From contig CM059431.1 in assembly GCA_030390025.1 (NCBI GenBank), positions 152,522,001 through 152,582,000 of the forward strand: a stretch of DNA of 60,000 nt. Reading direction: 5' to 3'. Of this stretch, positions 38,761-51,192 are shown one piece after another. The number at the start of each line of letters is the position of its first letter. Positions within the stretch are counted from its first letter, which is position 1. The position numbers and the translations under genes are program-made. The notes under the pieces were generated by a model, which had not been told where the DNA came from, did not search any database, and saw only the letters and a program-made list of their open reading frames with translations. This stretch comes from Squalus acanthias. Its lineage: Eukaryota.

Positions 38761-39889
38761 GGTGACGTCACTCCTTGATAATTTGTCGTTGTTTTTGAAT
38801 TACCCGAATAAATATGCCGCTGCTGCTCAGGTCTGTTCCGCCCCAGGAACTTTTCTCCCGCTGTTTTTATGCCACCGCCCCTCATCTTGCGCAGGTCCGC
38901 TTTCATTGTTCTGTCCTTTCTGGTACTGAGCAATTAGAGGAATGTAATTGATAGCTTGGCCACTACAAGCAACATCGGAACCGTGCAGGGGGAGATTCTA
39001 ATCAAACATCGACAGAACCCCTACCCCCTCTCCCAGCTTTGTGTAGATAGCCAGAAAGGGTAGGAATGGCTTGTATCGGATGCCTACAGCTGCCTGATCT
39101 TGGATTATCGCTGTGTGTGCTGAAGTGTGGTGTTGCTCGTGTATACGATACCTAGCATGCGATGTGCATGATGAAGATGCCCTGAAGAATGGGTCTAAGA
39201 CATGGTCAGTCACGCTGAAGTCAGCACTACAAGAAATGGTTAATGTGTCTCTGGATAAAGTAATGTGTAAAGCAAATGGGTAGAGATCTGCAGAAGAGAA
39301 TAGATCGAGATAGATATATGATGCTAATGAAATTTAATTTTAGTGTTGGCCTTAAGTAATCGAACGCCAACAGTGGGTTATTGTAAGGAAAGAGTTAATT
39401 AGACGTTCCTAAAGCTTGCTAATGTTATGCTATATTGGTTTATCTTTCTATAGCGTTAATGTATAATATTTAGCCTTTGCCTGTTAAGCAGGGATTTACA
39501 AGTCTACTTAAAGTAACAGTGGACTGATGTGCCAGGGCCGTTCCTGCAGCAATGGTCAGTCTCAGGAGGAAGCAATAAGAGATTTATATAACACATGTCA
39601 TTGCAAACTGATTCATACATTTCAGAGAACGTTAATCATTTGCTACAATGTGGGAAGAGAGTTAGTTCCAGAACGGAAACATCGGGGCATGGATCATCAT
39701 TATAATTGGAACGAATGACCCAGAAATAAAAGTAGATTTATAATTATTGGTTTCACTTGGTAGAATGGAAATGCTGTGTATCAAGAGTGAAACTATTGAT
39801 AAGATAATGACTCGACTGGAATTACGCTTGTGAGCCCACCGGAGAAGAGATTGTTTAGGAAGGAAAACTATCCTAATTGATGAACGATA

Positions 39890-40733
39890 AGTCGAGGGCG
39901 CTAATGCGGTGCAAAGCAACTAGTGACTTGACACGTCTTTTATTTTGTGCCGCTCGCGAAATTGACGACATTTTGAGGCGCTAAACACTACCACCACGAT
40001 CTCCTACGCCCACAGATCGTGACGTCAGTCGATCGTGCAGGGCCCCGGTAGTGCCCGGACTGGAGATTAAGTGGTGCCCACTGCCTTACCGCCTGCTGCT
40101 AGAACTACAGTTTGAGGGGAGCGTTTTGCAGGCTGGAAAGGACTGGGGAGCGCTATTTAAAGGCGATCGCTTCCTGCCTTTTTTTTTGCGACATTTTTTC
40201 ACCACACATTCTGAGAGAGTGGGAGAGACTTCTGGAGTGATTCAACGCTGTGTGAACGTGTTTTGGGTCCTGAGCAGCACTTTGCAGGTTCATTTTTAAA
40301 TGAGCTTATTTGCATCGATTTAGAAGAGACTATGTGGGCTGCACTCTGAGCTCTTTCCCTGGTTCTCTCCATTGTTCTTTCCAGCAGATTTGATGAACAG
40401 GCCTCTCCAGGGCGAGATTCAAAGCTGCAACGAGCTGGGTGTGGATGGAGAGCAAGATCGACCCTCCCCTTTAAGAAGTGGCCGGTGCCAGTGTGTCTGT
40501 GTTCCATTGTTGACTGACATCACATGAGCTTCGCCAGCGCTCTGGGGTGGCGCCTCGCTCCCCGGCGTTAGCACCTTAAGAAATGTGTGTAGCCCCTGAT
40601 TTAGCAGTACAATCACCTCCAGGAACGATAGAAGCCAAGTCTGCAGTCGGAGGCGATAATTAGCTCCAGGCGCTAAACTTTGCACCTGGCGGATAATTGT
40701 GCACCAATAGGGGCGATACCGAATTTCTCACCC
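39890..40733 (+). mobile_element. Older non-autonomous Harbinger derivative, same family as 1-610
   Basis: Aligns to both ends of 622-4839 with the same internal junction. Right TIR-like AATTTCTCACCC; left TIR not evident. Confidence 0.85.
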
Positions 40734-40734
40734 A

Positions 40735-41815
40735 TTGTATTTTTATAGCGCCTTTAATGTAGTAAAACTTCCCAAACTGCTTCACAGGATTGTTATAAGA
40801 CCAAAATTTGACACCGAACCACATAAGAAAAATTTAGGGCAGATGACCAAAAGCTTGGTCAAAGTGCTAGGCCTCAAGAGCATCATAAAGGAAGGAAGAG
40901 AAGTAAAGATGTGGAGAGATTTAGGGAGCGAGTTCCAGAGCGTAGGTCCTAGGCAGCTGAAGGGACAGACACCGATGTAGAAGCGATTATAATCAGGGAT
41001 TCTGAAGTGGGTAGAATTAGAGGAGCACAGATATGTTGGGGGGTTGTGGGCTGAAGGAGATTACAGAGTTAGGGAGGGCCGAGGCCACGGCGGGATTTGA
41101 AAACAAGGATGAATATTTTGAAGTCAGGCTTTGCTTAACCGGGAGCCAATATAGGTCACTGACCTCAGGGGTGATGGGTGAACGGGACTTGGTGCGAGTT
41201 AGGACAGTTGCAGCAGTGTTTTGAATGATCTCACGTTTACATAAGGTAGAATGTGGGAGGCCAGCCCGGATGCGTTGGAATACTCCAGTCCAGAGGTAAC
41301 AAAGGCATGGATGAGGGTTTCAGCAGCGGATGAGCTGAGGCAGGGGCGGAGATGGGGAATGTTATGGAGGTGGAAGTAGGCGGTTTTATGACGCTGGTAT
41401 GTGGTTGCAAGCTCATTCCGGGTCAAATATGGCACTATGTTTGCGAACAGTCTTCAGCCTCAGACAGATGCTAGGGAGAGGGATGGAGTCGGTGACTTTG
41501 GAACGGAGTTTGTGGAGGGAGTGAAAACAATGGCTTCGGTCTTCCCAATATTTAATTGGAGAAAATTTCTGCTCATCCAGTCCTTGATGTCGGACAAACA
41601 TTTGACAATTTAAAGTCGGATGGAGGGCTCGAGAGCAGTGGTGATGAGGTAGAGCTGGGTCTCCTCAGCGTACATGTGGAAATTGACGCCGTGTTTTCGG
41701 ATGGTGTCGCCAAGGGGCAGCATATAGCTGAGAAATAGGAGGGGGTCAAGGGTAGAACTTGGTGGTCCTCAGAGGTAATGATGCGGGAGAGGGAAGAGGG
41801 AATTTCGCTTCTCAA
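40735..41815 (-). mobile_element. L2 LINE 3' fragment
   Basis: KTAYFHLHNI...LSSSAAETLIHAFVTSGLEYSNA; L2-type 3' end. Confidence 0.82.
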
Positions 41816-41837
41816 CCCAACAGACAAAGAGAAGGTT

Positions 41838-42078
41838 AATGTGAATCTGTGGAATTCTCTACCACAGAAGGTTGTTGAGGCCAGTTCGCTAAATATATTC
41901 AAAAGTGAGTTAGATATAATACTCACAACTAGGGGGATCAAGGGGTATGGCGAGAAAGCAGGAATGGGGTACTGAGTTAGCATGTTCAGCCATGAACGCA
42001 TTAAATAGCGGTGCAGGCTCGAAGGACCGAATGGTCTACTCCTGCACCTATTTTCTATGTTTCTATGTTTCTATGTTA
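41838..42078 (+). mobile_element. Short CR1 3' end, near-identical to the 3' end of 6354-10230
   Basis: VNLWNSLPQKVVEASSLNIFK and (TTTCTATG)n tail. Confidence 0.9.
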
Positions 42079-42842
42079 TGCAAGTAAAACTACCCTTATT
42101 GATAAAGAATATGTCGATGAACGTCTCCATATATGGAGTTACATTTTAACTATCATATATTTATATCATGCAACATTGTGTGGATGGTCACAGAGAGGGA
42201 GTGAGAAAATTGTAAAAAAAACTGGCTGTTTGTACTGAGTATTCTGATTCTTAAAAGCTTAAGATACTCAGCTGAGAACTGTAAGAATTTTCAATCGCCA
42301 TGCAACCATCATCAGGTGTGGCTGCAATTTGCACCTTTTAACCATATGTTTAAGGACTTTTGCATGTAACGTGTGCTCAATAAACCTGTGACACCTCACG
42401 TCAATTTTCAAGAACGTTATTGAAAACTTTACTCTAACAACAGCCTGAGTACTTTAATAGTCCGTGGGGTTCATCGATTATTTGTGATTAAATGCCCCCT
42501 TGAAGCGTCACTCGTTCTCGTTCCACTTTATGCTGACGTTCTCAAAAACAACAAACTCCACTTGGTTTCAGGTCCCTGGAGCCCCGGCTCTGTCTATCCG
42601 GCTCGCCTCCAGCTTCTGGGGCAAGTGGTGATGAGTTGCTGGTAGGTCTCAGCAGTAGGTTGATTCTCATTTAAGTAGTTTTAGACGACGAACACTATTT
42701 ATGCCAAGAGTCAGGCAGCAGGTTGGGGTTTTAATTCCGTCAGTCAGCGATGTATCTGCACCCAGCTACAATCGTGAGAAGGCGCCGAGTAATCAATGAC
42801 ATCATCCAATATAAACAGGTAAAATAAAACGAAAAATAAATG

Positions 42843-43310
42843 CACACAGAATGACGTCATACAGACTGCAGACAGAGTCGCACAGACAGCAGACTGATGC
42901 CACACAGACTGTAGACTGATGTAACACAGGCTGCAGTCAGAGTCACGCAGACTGCAGACAGAGTAACAAAGACTGCAGACAGAGTCTCACAGACGGCAGC
43001 CTGAAGTCACACAGATTGCAGAGTCACACAGACTGCAGACAGAGTCACACATACTGCAGACTGACGTCACATAAAATGCAGACAGTGTGACACAGACTGC
43101 AGTAAAAGTCACACAGACTGCGACAGAGTCACACAGACTGCAGACTCAAATCACACAGACTGCAGACAGTCGCACAGACTGCAGATTGACTTCACAAAGC
43201 CTGCAAACTGACGTCACACAGACTGTAGAAAGCGTCACACAGACTTCAGACAGAGTCACACAGACTGCAGATTGACGTCACACAGAACGCAGACAGATTC
43301 ACACAGACTT
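42843..43310 (+). repeat. 21-bp minisatellite (CACACAGACTGCAGACAGAGT)
   Basis: Roughly 22 degenerate copies. Confidence 0.93.
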
Positions 43311-43400
43311 GGCTTTATCAGGGCAGCTGTAGGCACTGAATGAAGCGTCTGCAGTTCCCACCACATCCACTAAGTGTCGCTGTTTCAATCGCACATCAGA

Positions 43401-43473
43401 GCCCCGATAGCTCAGTCGGTAGAGCAACTAAATTTTAATCTGTGTGTACAGGCTTCAAGTCCCTGTTCGGGCG
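43401..43473 (+). pseudogene. tRNA-Lys(TTT) pseudogene
   Basis: GCCCCGATAGCTCAGTCGGTAGAGC...TTTTAATCTG...TTCAAGTCCCTGTTCGGGCG, 73 nt; anticodon stem and B box mutated. Confidence 0.9.
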
Positions 43474-43759
43474 CTGCTTTCTATCAGTGGATTTAGACTT
43501 CAAAGCAACGACTTTGGTTATAACCTATCAGTAAAGATGTTTTATATTTCAAGAAAAATGAAAAATATTCATGTATTATATTGAGGCTGCAGGAAAGATC
43601 AGCGTGAATTACCAGTTTTTTATGGTGCTGAGGCCTATCCAATATTGTATAAACATTTAGCAGAATTTCCTTGCTTTGTACTCTATTCCTCTGTTAATAA
43701 AGCCAAGGTTCCCATGTGTTTTTTAACTACATTCTCAACTTGTCCCGCCAACTTGTGTA

Positions 43760-44284
43760 TTGTGTGCAGTTTTGGTCGCCTTATCTGAGGAAGGATGTTC
43801 TTGCCATGGAGGGAGTGCAGCGAAGATTTACCAGACTGATACCTGGGATGGCAGGAATGACGTATGATGATAGATTGGGTTAATTAGGCTTATATTCGCT
43901 AGAGTTTAGAAGAATGAGAGGGGTCTCATTGAAACTTATAACATTCTAACAAGACTGGACAGATTAGATGCAGGAAGGATGTTCCCGATTGCGTGTGAGT
44001 ACAGAACCAGAGGTCACAGTCTAAGTCTAAGGGGTAAGCCATTTAGGACTGAGATGAGGAGGAATTTCTTCACCCAGAGAGTGGTGAACCTGTGGAATTC
44101 TCTACCACAGAAGGCAGTTGAGGCCAATTCATTAAATATATTCAAGAAGGAGATAGATATATTTCTTAAGGCTAAAGGGATCAAGGGATATGGGGAGAAA
44201 GCAGGGACAGGTAACTGAATTTGGATGATCAGCATTGATCTCATTAAATGGCGGAGCAGGCTCGAGGGAACGAAGGGCCTACTC
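43760..44284 (+). mobile_element. CR1 3' fragment; its remaining tail lies at 46238-46270
   Basis: RRNFFTQRVVNLWNSLP. The 3' UTR is split by another CR1. Confidence 0.9.
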
Positions 44285-46237
44285 ATAGAAACATAGAAAC
44301 ATAGAAGATAGGAGCAGGATTAGGCCATTCGGCCCCTCGAGTCTGCTCCGCCATTCGATGAGATCATGGCTGATCATCCAAACTCATTACCCTGTATCTG
44401 CCTTCTCCCCATATCCCTTGATACCTTTAGCTTTAAGAAATATATCTAACTCATTCTTGAATATATTTAATGACTTGGCCTCAACTACCCTCTGTGGTAG
44501 AGAATTACACAGGTTCACCACTCTCTGGGTGAAGAAATTCCTCCTCATCTCTGTCCTAAATCCCTTACCCCCTATCCTTAGATTATGACCCCTGGTTCTG
44601 GACTCTCCGACCATCGGGAACATTCTTCCTGCATCTAGTTTGTCCAGACCTGTCAGAATTTTATATGTTTCGATGTGATCCCCTCTCATTCTTCTATACT
44701 CCAGCGAGTATAAGCCCAATCGACCCAATCTCTCCTCATATGTCATTCCTGCCATCCCAGGTATCAGCCTTGTGAATCTTCGCTGAACTCCCTCCAAGGC
44801 AAGAACATCCTTCCTCAGATAAGGCGACCAAAACTGCTCACAGTACTCAAGGTGTGGTCTCACCAAGGCCCTGTACAACTGCAGCAGGTCATCCCTGTTC
44901 CTAAACTCAAACCCTTTCGCTATGAAGGCCAACATACCATTTGCCTTCTTCACCGCCTGCTGCACCTGCATGCTTACCTTCAGCGACTGGTGCACAAGGA
45001 CACCCAGGTACCCTTCTCCCAATCTATTGCCATTCAGATAATAGTCTGCCTCTCTTTTTTTGACACCAAAGTGGATAGCCTCGCATTTATCCACGTTATA
45101 TTGCATCTGCCACGCTTCGGACCACTCACCCAACATGTCCAAATCATCCTGGAGTTTCTCGGTATCCTCCTCGCAGCACACACTCCCACCCAGCTTTGTG
45201 TCATCTGCAAACTTGGAGTTATTACATTTAGTACCCTTATCTAGATCATTAATGTATATTGCGAATAGCTGGGGTCAAAGGACCGATCCCTGCGGTACCC
45301 CACTAGTCACTGCTTGCAACTCGGAAAAAGACCCATTAATTCCTACTCTCTGCTTTCTGTCCGCCAACCAGTTCTCTATCCAAGTCAATACCTTGCCCCC
45401 AATCCCATGTGCCTTAACTTTACACGCTAATCTCTTATGCGGGACCTTATCGAAAGCCTTTTGAAAGTTCAAATACACCACATCTACTGGTTCTCCCTTA
45501 TCTGTTTTCCCAGTTACATCCTCAAAAAATTGCAGTAGATTAGTCAAGCACGATTTACCTTTTGTAAATCCATGTTGACTTTGTCCGATCCGGTCACTGT
45601 TTTTCAAGTGCTCAGCTATTACATCCTTTATAATGACTCTAGCATTTTCCACACTACCGATGTCAGGCTTACCGGTCTGTAATTCCCCGCTTTCTCTCTA
45701 CCACCCTTTTTAAATAGAGTAACATTAGCTACCCTCCATCCATGGGTACAGTTCCAGATTCCATCGAATGTTGGAAGATGATCAGCATTGCATCTACTAT
45801 TTCTCGGGCCACGTACTTAAGTACCCTAGGATGTAGACTGTCAGGCCCTGGGGATTTATCGGCCTTCAATCCCGTCAATTTCCCTAACACCATTTCCCTG
45901 CAAATACTGATTTCTTTCAGTTCCTCCCTTTCATCAGACCCTATGTTCTGCAACATCTCTGGGAGGTGATTTGTGCCCTCCTTTGTGAAGACAGAACCAA
46001 AATATGCATTTAATTGGTCTGTCATTTCTTTGTTCCCCATTATAACTTCCCCCGCTTCTGACAGCAATGGACCTACACATGATTTCACTACTCTTTTTCT
46101 ATTCACATATCTATAAAAACTCTTACAGTCAGTTTTTATGTTCCCTGAAAACTTACATTCATATTCTATTTTCCCCTTCTTAATTAATCCCTTTGTCCTC
46201 CTTTGTTGAATCCTAAACTTTTACCAATCCTCAGGGT
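44285..46237 (-). mobile_element. 5'-truncated CR1 (RT region) nested in the previous CR1
   Basis: (CATAGAAA)n tail, RT ORFs, flanked by TACTC direct repeats (44280-44284 and 46238-46242). Confidence 0.92.
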
Positions 46238-46299
46238 TACTCCTGCTCCTATCTTCTATGATCTATGATTTGTGGACATAAACCCCCGGCGGTGAGATT

Positions 46300-47472
46300 A
46301 GGCCTTCGATAAGGTACCCCATAATAGACTGATGAACAAGATCAGAGAATGCGGAGTCAGGGGACAAGTAGCAGAATGGATTGCTGGCTGGTTTCGGAAA
46401 AAAAGCAGAGTGTAGGAGTAAAGGGTAGCTATTCAAAGTGGCAGAAGTTGGGTCGAGGTATTCCACAAGCATCAGTGCTGGACCACTGCAGTGCACAATT
46501 TACATTAACAATTTAGACTTAGGAATCAAAAACGCAATTTCTAAATTTGCAGATGACATCAAATTGCGGGGTGTGGGGGGGGGGGGGTGGTGAGATAGTC
46601 AATACTGAGGAGGACTGCAACAAGTTACAGGAGGACATGAATAAACTTGCAGAATGGGCATATAATTGGAAAATGAAGTTCAACACTGATAAATGTGAGG
46701 TATTACATTTTGGTAGGAAGAATAGGGAGATCACTTATCACTCGGAGTGTTTGCTTCTAGGTTGGGTAGAGAGACAAAGGGATCTAGGAGGACAAATACA
46801 CAAATCACTAAAAGTTGCGACACAGGTTAGAAAGGCCATAAATATCCATACCAAGCAATATGGTTAATTTCTAGAGAGATAGAATCGAAAAGTAGGGAAG
46901 TTATGCTAAACCTGTATCGAACCGTGGTTCGACCACACTTAGAGTGCTGCGTACAGTTCTGATCACCATATTTTAAAAACGCATTGAGCGGCACTGGAGA
47001 GCGTGCTGAAAATATTTACAAGGATGATACTAGAAATGTGAGAGTATAAAAATCATGGAAAGGATGAACAGGCTGGGTCTCTTTTCTCTTGAAAAAAGAA
47101 GGCTGAAGGGTAATCGAATAGAGGTCTTTAAAATTATGAAAAAAATGATAGAGTGGATACAGAGAGAATATTTCCACTTATGGGGAAGAGAATAACTAGA
47201 GGCCATTAAGAAAAGATAGTCACCAAGAATACAATAGGAAAATCAGAAGAAATTTATTTACCCAAAGAGTGGTGAGAATGTGGAACTCGCTATTACAGGG
47301 AGAGGTTGAAGCGAATAGGATAGATGCATATAAGGGGAGGCTAGTCAATGAGGGATAAAGCAAATGGAGGATTATGCTGATAATTTTAGATGAGGAAAGA
47401 CGGGAGGAAGTTCGTGTGAAGCATAAACGCCGGCATGGACAGGTTGGGCCGAATAGCCTGTTTCAGTGCTGT
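46300..47472 (+). mobile_element. Degraded CR1 RT/3' fragment, same subfamily as 34445-38760
   Basis: KFADDIK, WKMKFNTDKCEVLHFG. Confidence 0.85.
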
Positions 47473-48495
47473 ATAGAGTCATAGAGTCATAACGGCAAAG
47501 AAGGAGATCATTCGGCCCATCGAGGCCGTGCCGGCTCTCTGTCGAGCAATTCAGTCAGTCCCATTTACCAGTTCTATCCCCGTAGCCCTGCAAGTTTATT
47601 TCCCTCAAGTGCCTATCCAGTCTCCCCTTGGAAACATTGGGCCAGAAATTCGGCTCCCTGGCTTCCCGCCGGTGCAAGGATCGCGCACGCACCTACCTAC
47701 CGCGCCTGCCGTTGACCTCATGGGGACTTAGGCTCCTGGGCCTCCCCCAACTGCCGGCGTTCAAAGCTTGTGTATCCCAGGGGCGTAGTTAGTACGATGC
47801 GTCCCCTAGGATCACGTGGGCCATAGAGAGCCAATGGCAGCAGACCATCTTTCATTCATAGATTTCACAGGAAGACCTGTCAAATCTATGAATACAGATC
47901 GGTCCCAAAACTGCCCTAAAACTACAAAAAAAAATTAAATCAAATTTTTAAAATAACTATAAATTACATTAATTAACTATTTTAAAAGCAAATTAAAATT
48001 TTTGAAAAAAATAATTAATTTTTTAAACGGGGCTCAAACTAAACTTACCTTTCTTTAAAGTAATTCAAAAAAAAATCTGTGAAAAAAATGTTTAAATTTT
48101 AATAAAATCATCACTTACCTTGTTAAATGAAGGCCTTGCGCATCCTTTTAAAAAGTGTATCTTCTCCGTGCTTACCTTCACCGAGGAACCTGTAAAAAAA
48201 TCCGAAGTGCGAGGCGAACGCGCTGGCCATCCGGCGTGTGCGTTCGACCTCTGAACCCCTTTCCTCAGGGGAACGGAAGTGCCGGTTTCTCGCGCATGCG
48301 CAGTGCACACATGAAACCGGCACTTTCATTCCGTCCACGGGTGAGTATACAGTGCGTACTCAGCCGACAACCTCCGAATTTCTGCCCCATTCGGTGTGTC
48401 CGCTTCCACCACTTCCGTCGGCAGCGAGTTCAAGGTCCTCACCACTCGCTGCGTAAAAAAAGTTCTTCCTCACAACCCCCTGTATCTCTTGCCCA
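47473..48495 (-). mobile_element. CR1 3' end interrupted by a non-autonomous DNA transposon
   Basis: (ATAGAGTC)n tail; CR1 sequence is contiguous across 47638/48392. Confidence 0.8.
47639..48388. mobile_element. 750-bp non-autonomous Harbinger-type element (second family)
   Basis: TIRs GGGCCAGAAATTCGG and CCGAATTTCTGCCCC (14/15 match); 3-bp TSD ATT. Confidence 0.9.
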
Positions 48496-48497
48496 AC

Positions 48498-48648
48498 CAT
48501 AGAAAAATAGGAGCAAGAGTAGGCCATTCGGCCCTTCGAGCCTGCTCCGCCATTCAATATAATCATGGCTGATCCTCTATCTCAATACCATATTCCCGCT
48601 CTCTCCCAATAACCCTTGAAGCCTTTTGCTTCTAGAAATCTATCTATC
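48498..48648 (-). mobile_element. Short CR1 3' end
   Basis: CATAGAAAAATAGGAGCAAGAGTAGGCCATTCGGCCC, as in the other CR1 tails. Confidence 0.8.
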
Positions 48649-48657
48649 AAATGGTAA

Positions 48658-48779
48658 TGTCAGAAGTGGGTTTCTAACCCTCGCCTCCGAGAAGGGTACC
48701 AGAATTCACCAACTTTTGGTAAGGTAAGGATTAACATGTTTTATGAGTCTGGCGCCTTAGACCATTCAGCCATTTATAC
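48658..48779 (-). pseudogene. Intron-containing tRNA-Leu(CAA) pseudogene
   Basis: Minus strand: ATGGCTGAATGGTCTAAGGCGCCAGACTCATA-[~38 nt]-TTCTGGT...GGAGGCGAGGGTTAGAAACCCACTTCTGACA. Confidence 0.85.
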
Positions 48780-48976
48780 AACTGTGTCCCCTACTACTTA
48801 TACCACCAACTGGTGGAGACAACCTTTCCCCGTCTAGCCTATCCAAAGTGCGAGAAATATTTCCTGATACCTGTTCATTTTCACAAGACTTTCGGTTTAT
48901 GTCCCAAAAGAAAGGCGTTAATTCTCAAACGGACACATGCTGTAATTGAGCTCGAATCAGGACAGGAAGATATAGT

Positions 48977-50790
48977 TTAATTATTCATTTAATTAACCAA
49001 TATCAAAATCAATGTCCAAGGAGATTTGACCAACTTCTTGAGCTCTTCCCTGAATTCGGTTCGGGGTCGCTGCATAAATACACGTTTTTGGACAGTAACT
49101 CAAATACATGAGCATATATCCGCTTTCAGCCAAGATTTATTCAGGGGCTTCATAATCATCCTTGTAGTAAACGGCCAGGCTGTGCGTGAAAATACTCACG
49201 GTAGCTGTCATCCGCGACAGTAAAAAGCTGCCCAATACAGTGAAGAGTAAAATGATGGATTTTCTCCAGCTCTCCTCTCTGGATCGCTCTGATTCTCACT
49301 GCTGTGGCCCCGGAGTCCCCTGCGGCCCCTACTGCTTACTAAAATTCGTCTGACTGTCAAACAATTAAACATTCATATCAAAGCAAAAGTCTGCAATGGA
49401 AATAAAATACTTTGTAGTTGGAAGAACGATACACATCCAGACGATGAAAAAAAGGCTTCATTCGAGAGGCGACCCCAGGAAACATTGTTAATGATTCGTG
49501 GAGATTCATGGGAGAAACGAAAGGGGATATATTCAAAACATAACAGCTCAGTGACAGTTATTAAACCTGCTGCGGCAGTTCACACTGTGCAATACTTTGT
49601 TTTAAACTTCTGACAACATTTGGCTAGAAATCGGTCAAAAGTGAACGAGACTGTAAACCGCACCGACATATCCAGGGTGACAGTATTGATGTAATGAATG
49701 GACTTCCACACGGCAGTGTAGGACAGGACTGAATGTGGAATGTGGTAACAGAATATCAGAAACACCAGTAAATGGGAGATGATGACCGAAGATCTGCTGT
49801 CGCCATGGCCACCATGTAGACCGAGATACATTTGGAAAGGCTGCAATTTCCTCTGAAGAGAATCAGGATTGTCAGTAGGTTCGCTGTAAGGAAGAGGGAG
49901 AAGAGGTCAGTAACGGAGATACTCAGATAAATCTCACAGGATATTGTGGGGGAATGCTCAGATGTGTCCCTACTTAGAGTTACGGACACTGATTTTTTTT
50001 TACTACATAGGTGAGCGTTGAGGAGATTTGATTGAGAAGAAACGAAACTTTGAATATTCAATACAGAGGGACTCAAATTCCGACTCCCTTCCACCATATT
50101 TCAGACAACGGTTAAATATAATTTCGCTGCAATTGCTGGAAAGATATGGCTTCAATAAAACATTCAGCTGAGAAAAAAATATTTCAATACATGTCGAAAA
50201 CTGCGCTTTTTCAATTTACGATCGCCCCGGGGGAGCTGCTCGGTAACAGAGCGGGTGCTGGTGGAGACGCGAAGTTTCTTTGCAGCCGAGCGGAGTGGAG
50301 CAACTCCCTGAGCGTCAATTGTTGCTCATAATATCTTTCAAAGTCCCCTGTTGGGGGGAGGTTCCTGCAATCCGATCAATTACCAACTTATAATAAACAG
50401 GGAACAAATGTACAGATGAGATTGTAACCATGCACACTAGGCCGCACATTCTGTAGTGAACCATATGGAATTGCAGGGGTCGCGGAATCAGCCTCGCCCT
50501 CCCTCAGTATAGAGAGGAAAGTTGAGCGCATGGTGCCCACGATCTACCGGACAGAATAGCGCTTCACCGGCCGCGTGGACTGGTAGGATTCCGACAGATA
50601 TTTATCGACTAATCCCGGTGGATGAATGACTCTGCAATGGGGACCTTCATGGAATCTGTTACATAATCATTAGCAGTGAGACACTCAACAGCTGTTAAAC
50701 AACAGGATACATTGACTGACTGAGAACACGAAAGGTTGCAAGAAAATGATACTATATGTCCTTTATCTGTAGAATTATTCGCCGTGCCAT
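48977..50790 (-). pseudogene. GPR139-like GPCR pseudogene; exons 50790-50721 and 49883-48977
   Basis: Closely paralogous to 30802-33392 (KSIHYINTVTLDMSV...FTFDRF). TAG in exon 1, frameshift near 49780, weakened donor (GTCAGT) and degraded TATA. Confidence 0.9.
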
Positions 50791-51192
50791 TTTTAGAAGA
50801 TTGTGTGAATTCTCTCCTGCTTTACAGTTCCGTCTGGCGTGTATCTGAGGTCCATAAATGCTCCCTCTTTATCGAACAATCCCTGCCTGTTGAGAAAGTC
50901 AGGTTCCATAATAATTGACCTTAGGTCCAGTCACATAAGTAACACGGGGCGATTTTCCGCTTTAGTGCGCCCAATGGGGAAATTCTAAAGCTCAGTCCAT
51001 GAGTCTCCGTCCATTGAAATCAATGAACGGAAGTTAATCACAGAGCGAATGCGCTCTGCGCCGGTCATGTGATCCCTGACGCGATCATCTCTCCAAATCC
51101 CTGTGTTTGGTTCTTGGGGCCTCACAAAATTTGTTGAAAACTTATCTCATCCATTATATCATTAAAATGTGTTTTGTACGATCATGAAGCGT

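Noticed and set aside
43087..43275. Thr/Gln-rich ORF
   Set aside because: Product of the 21-bp minisatellite, with no splice or promoter context.
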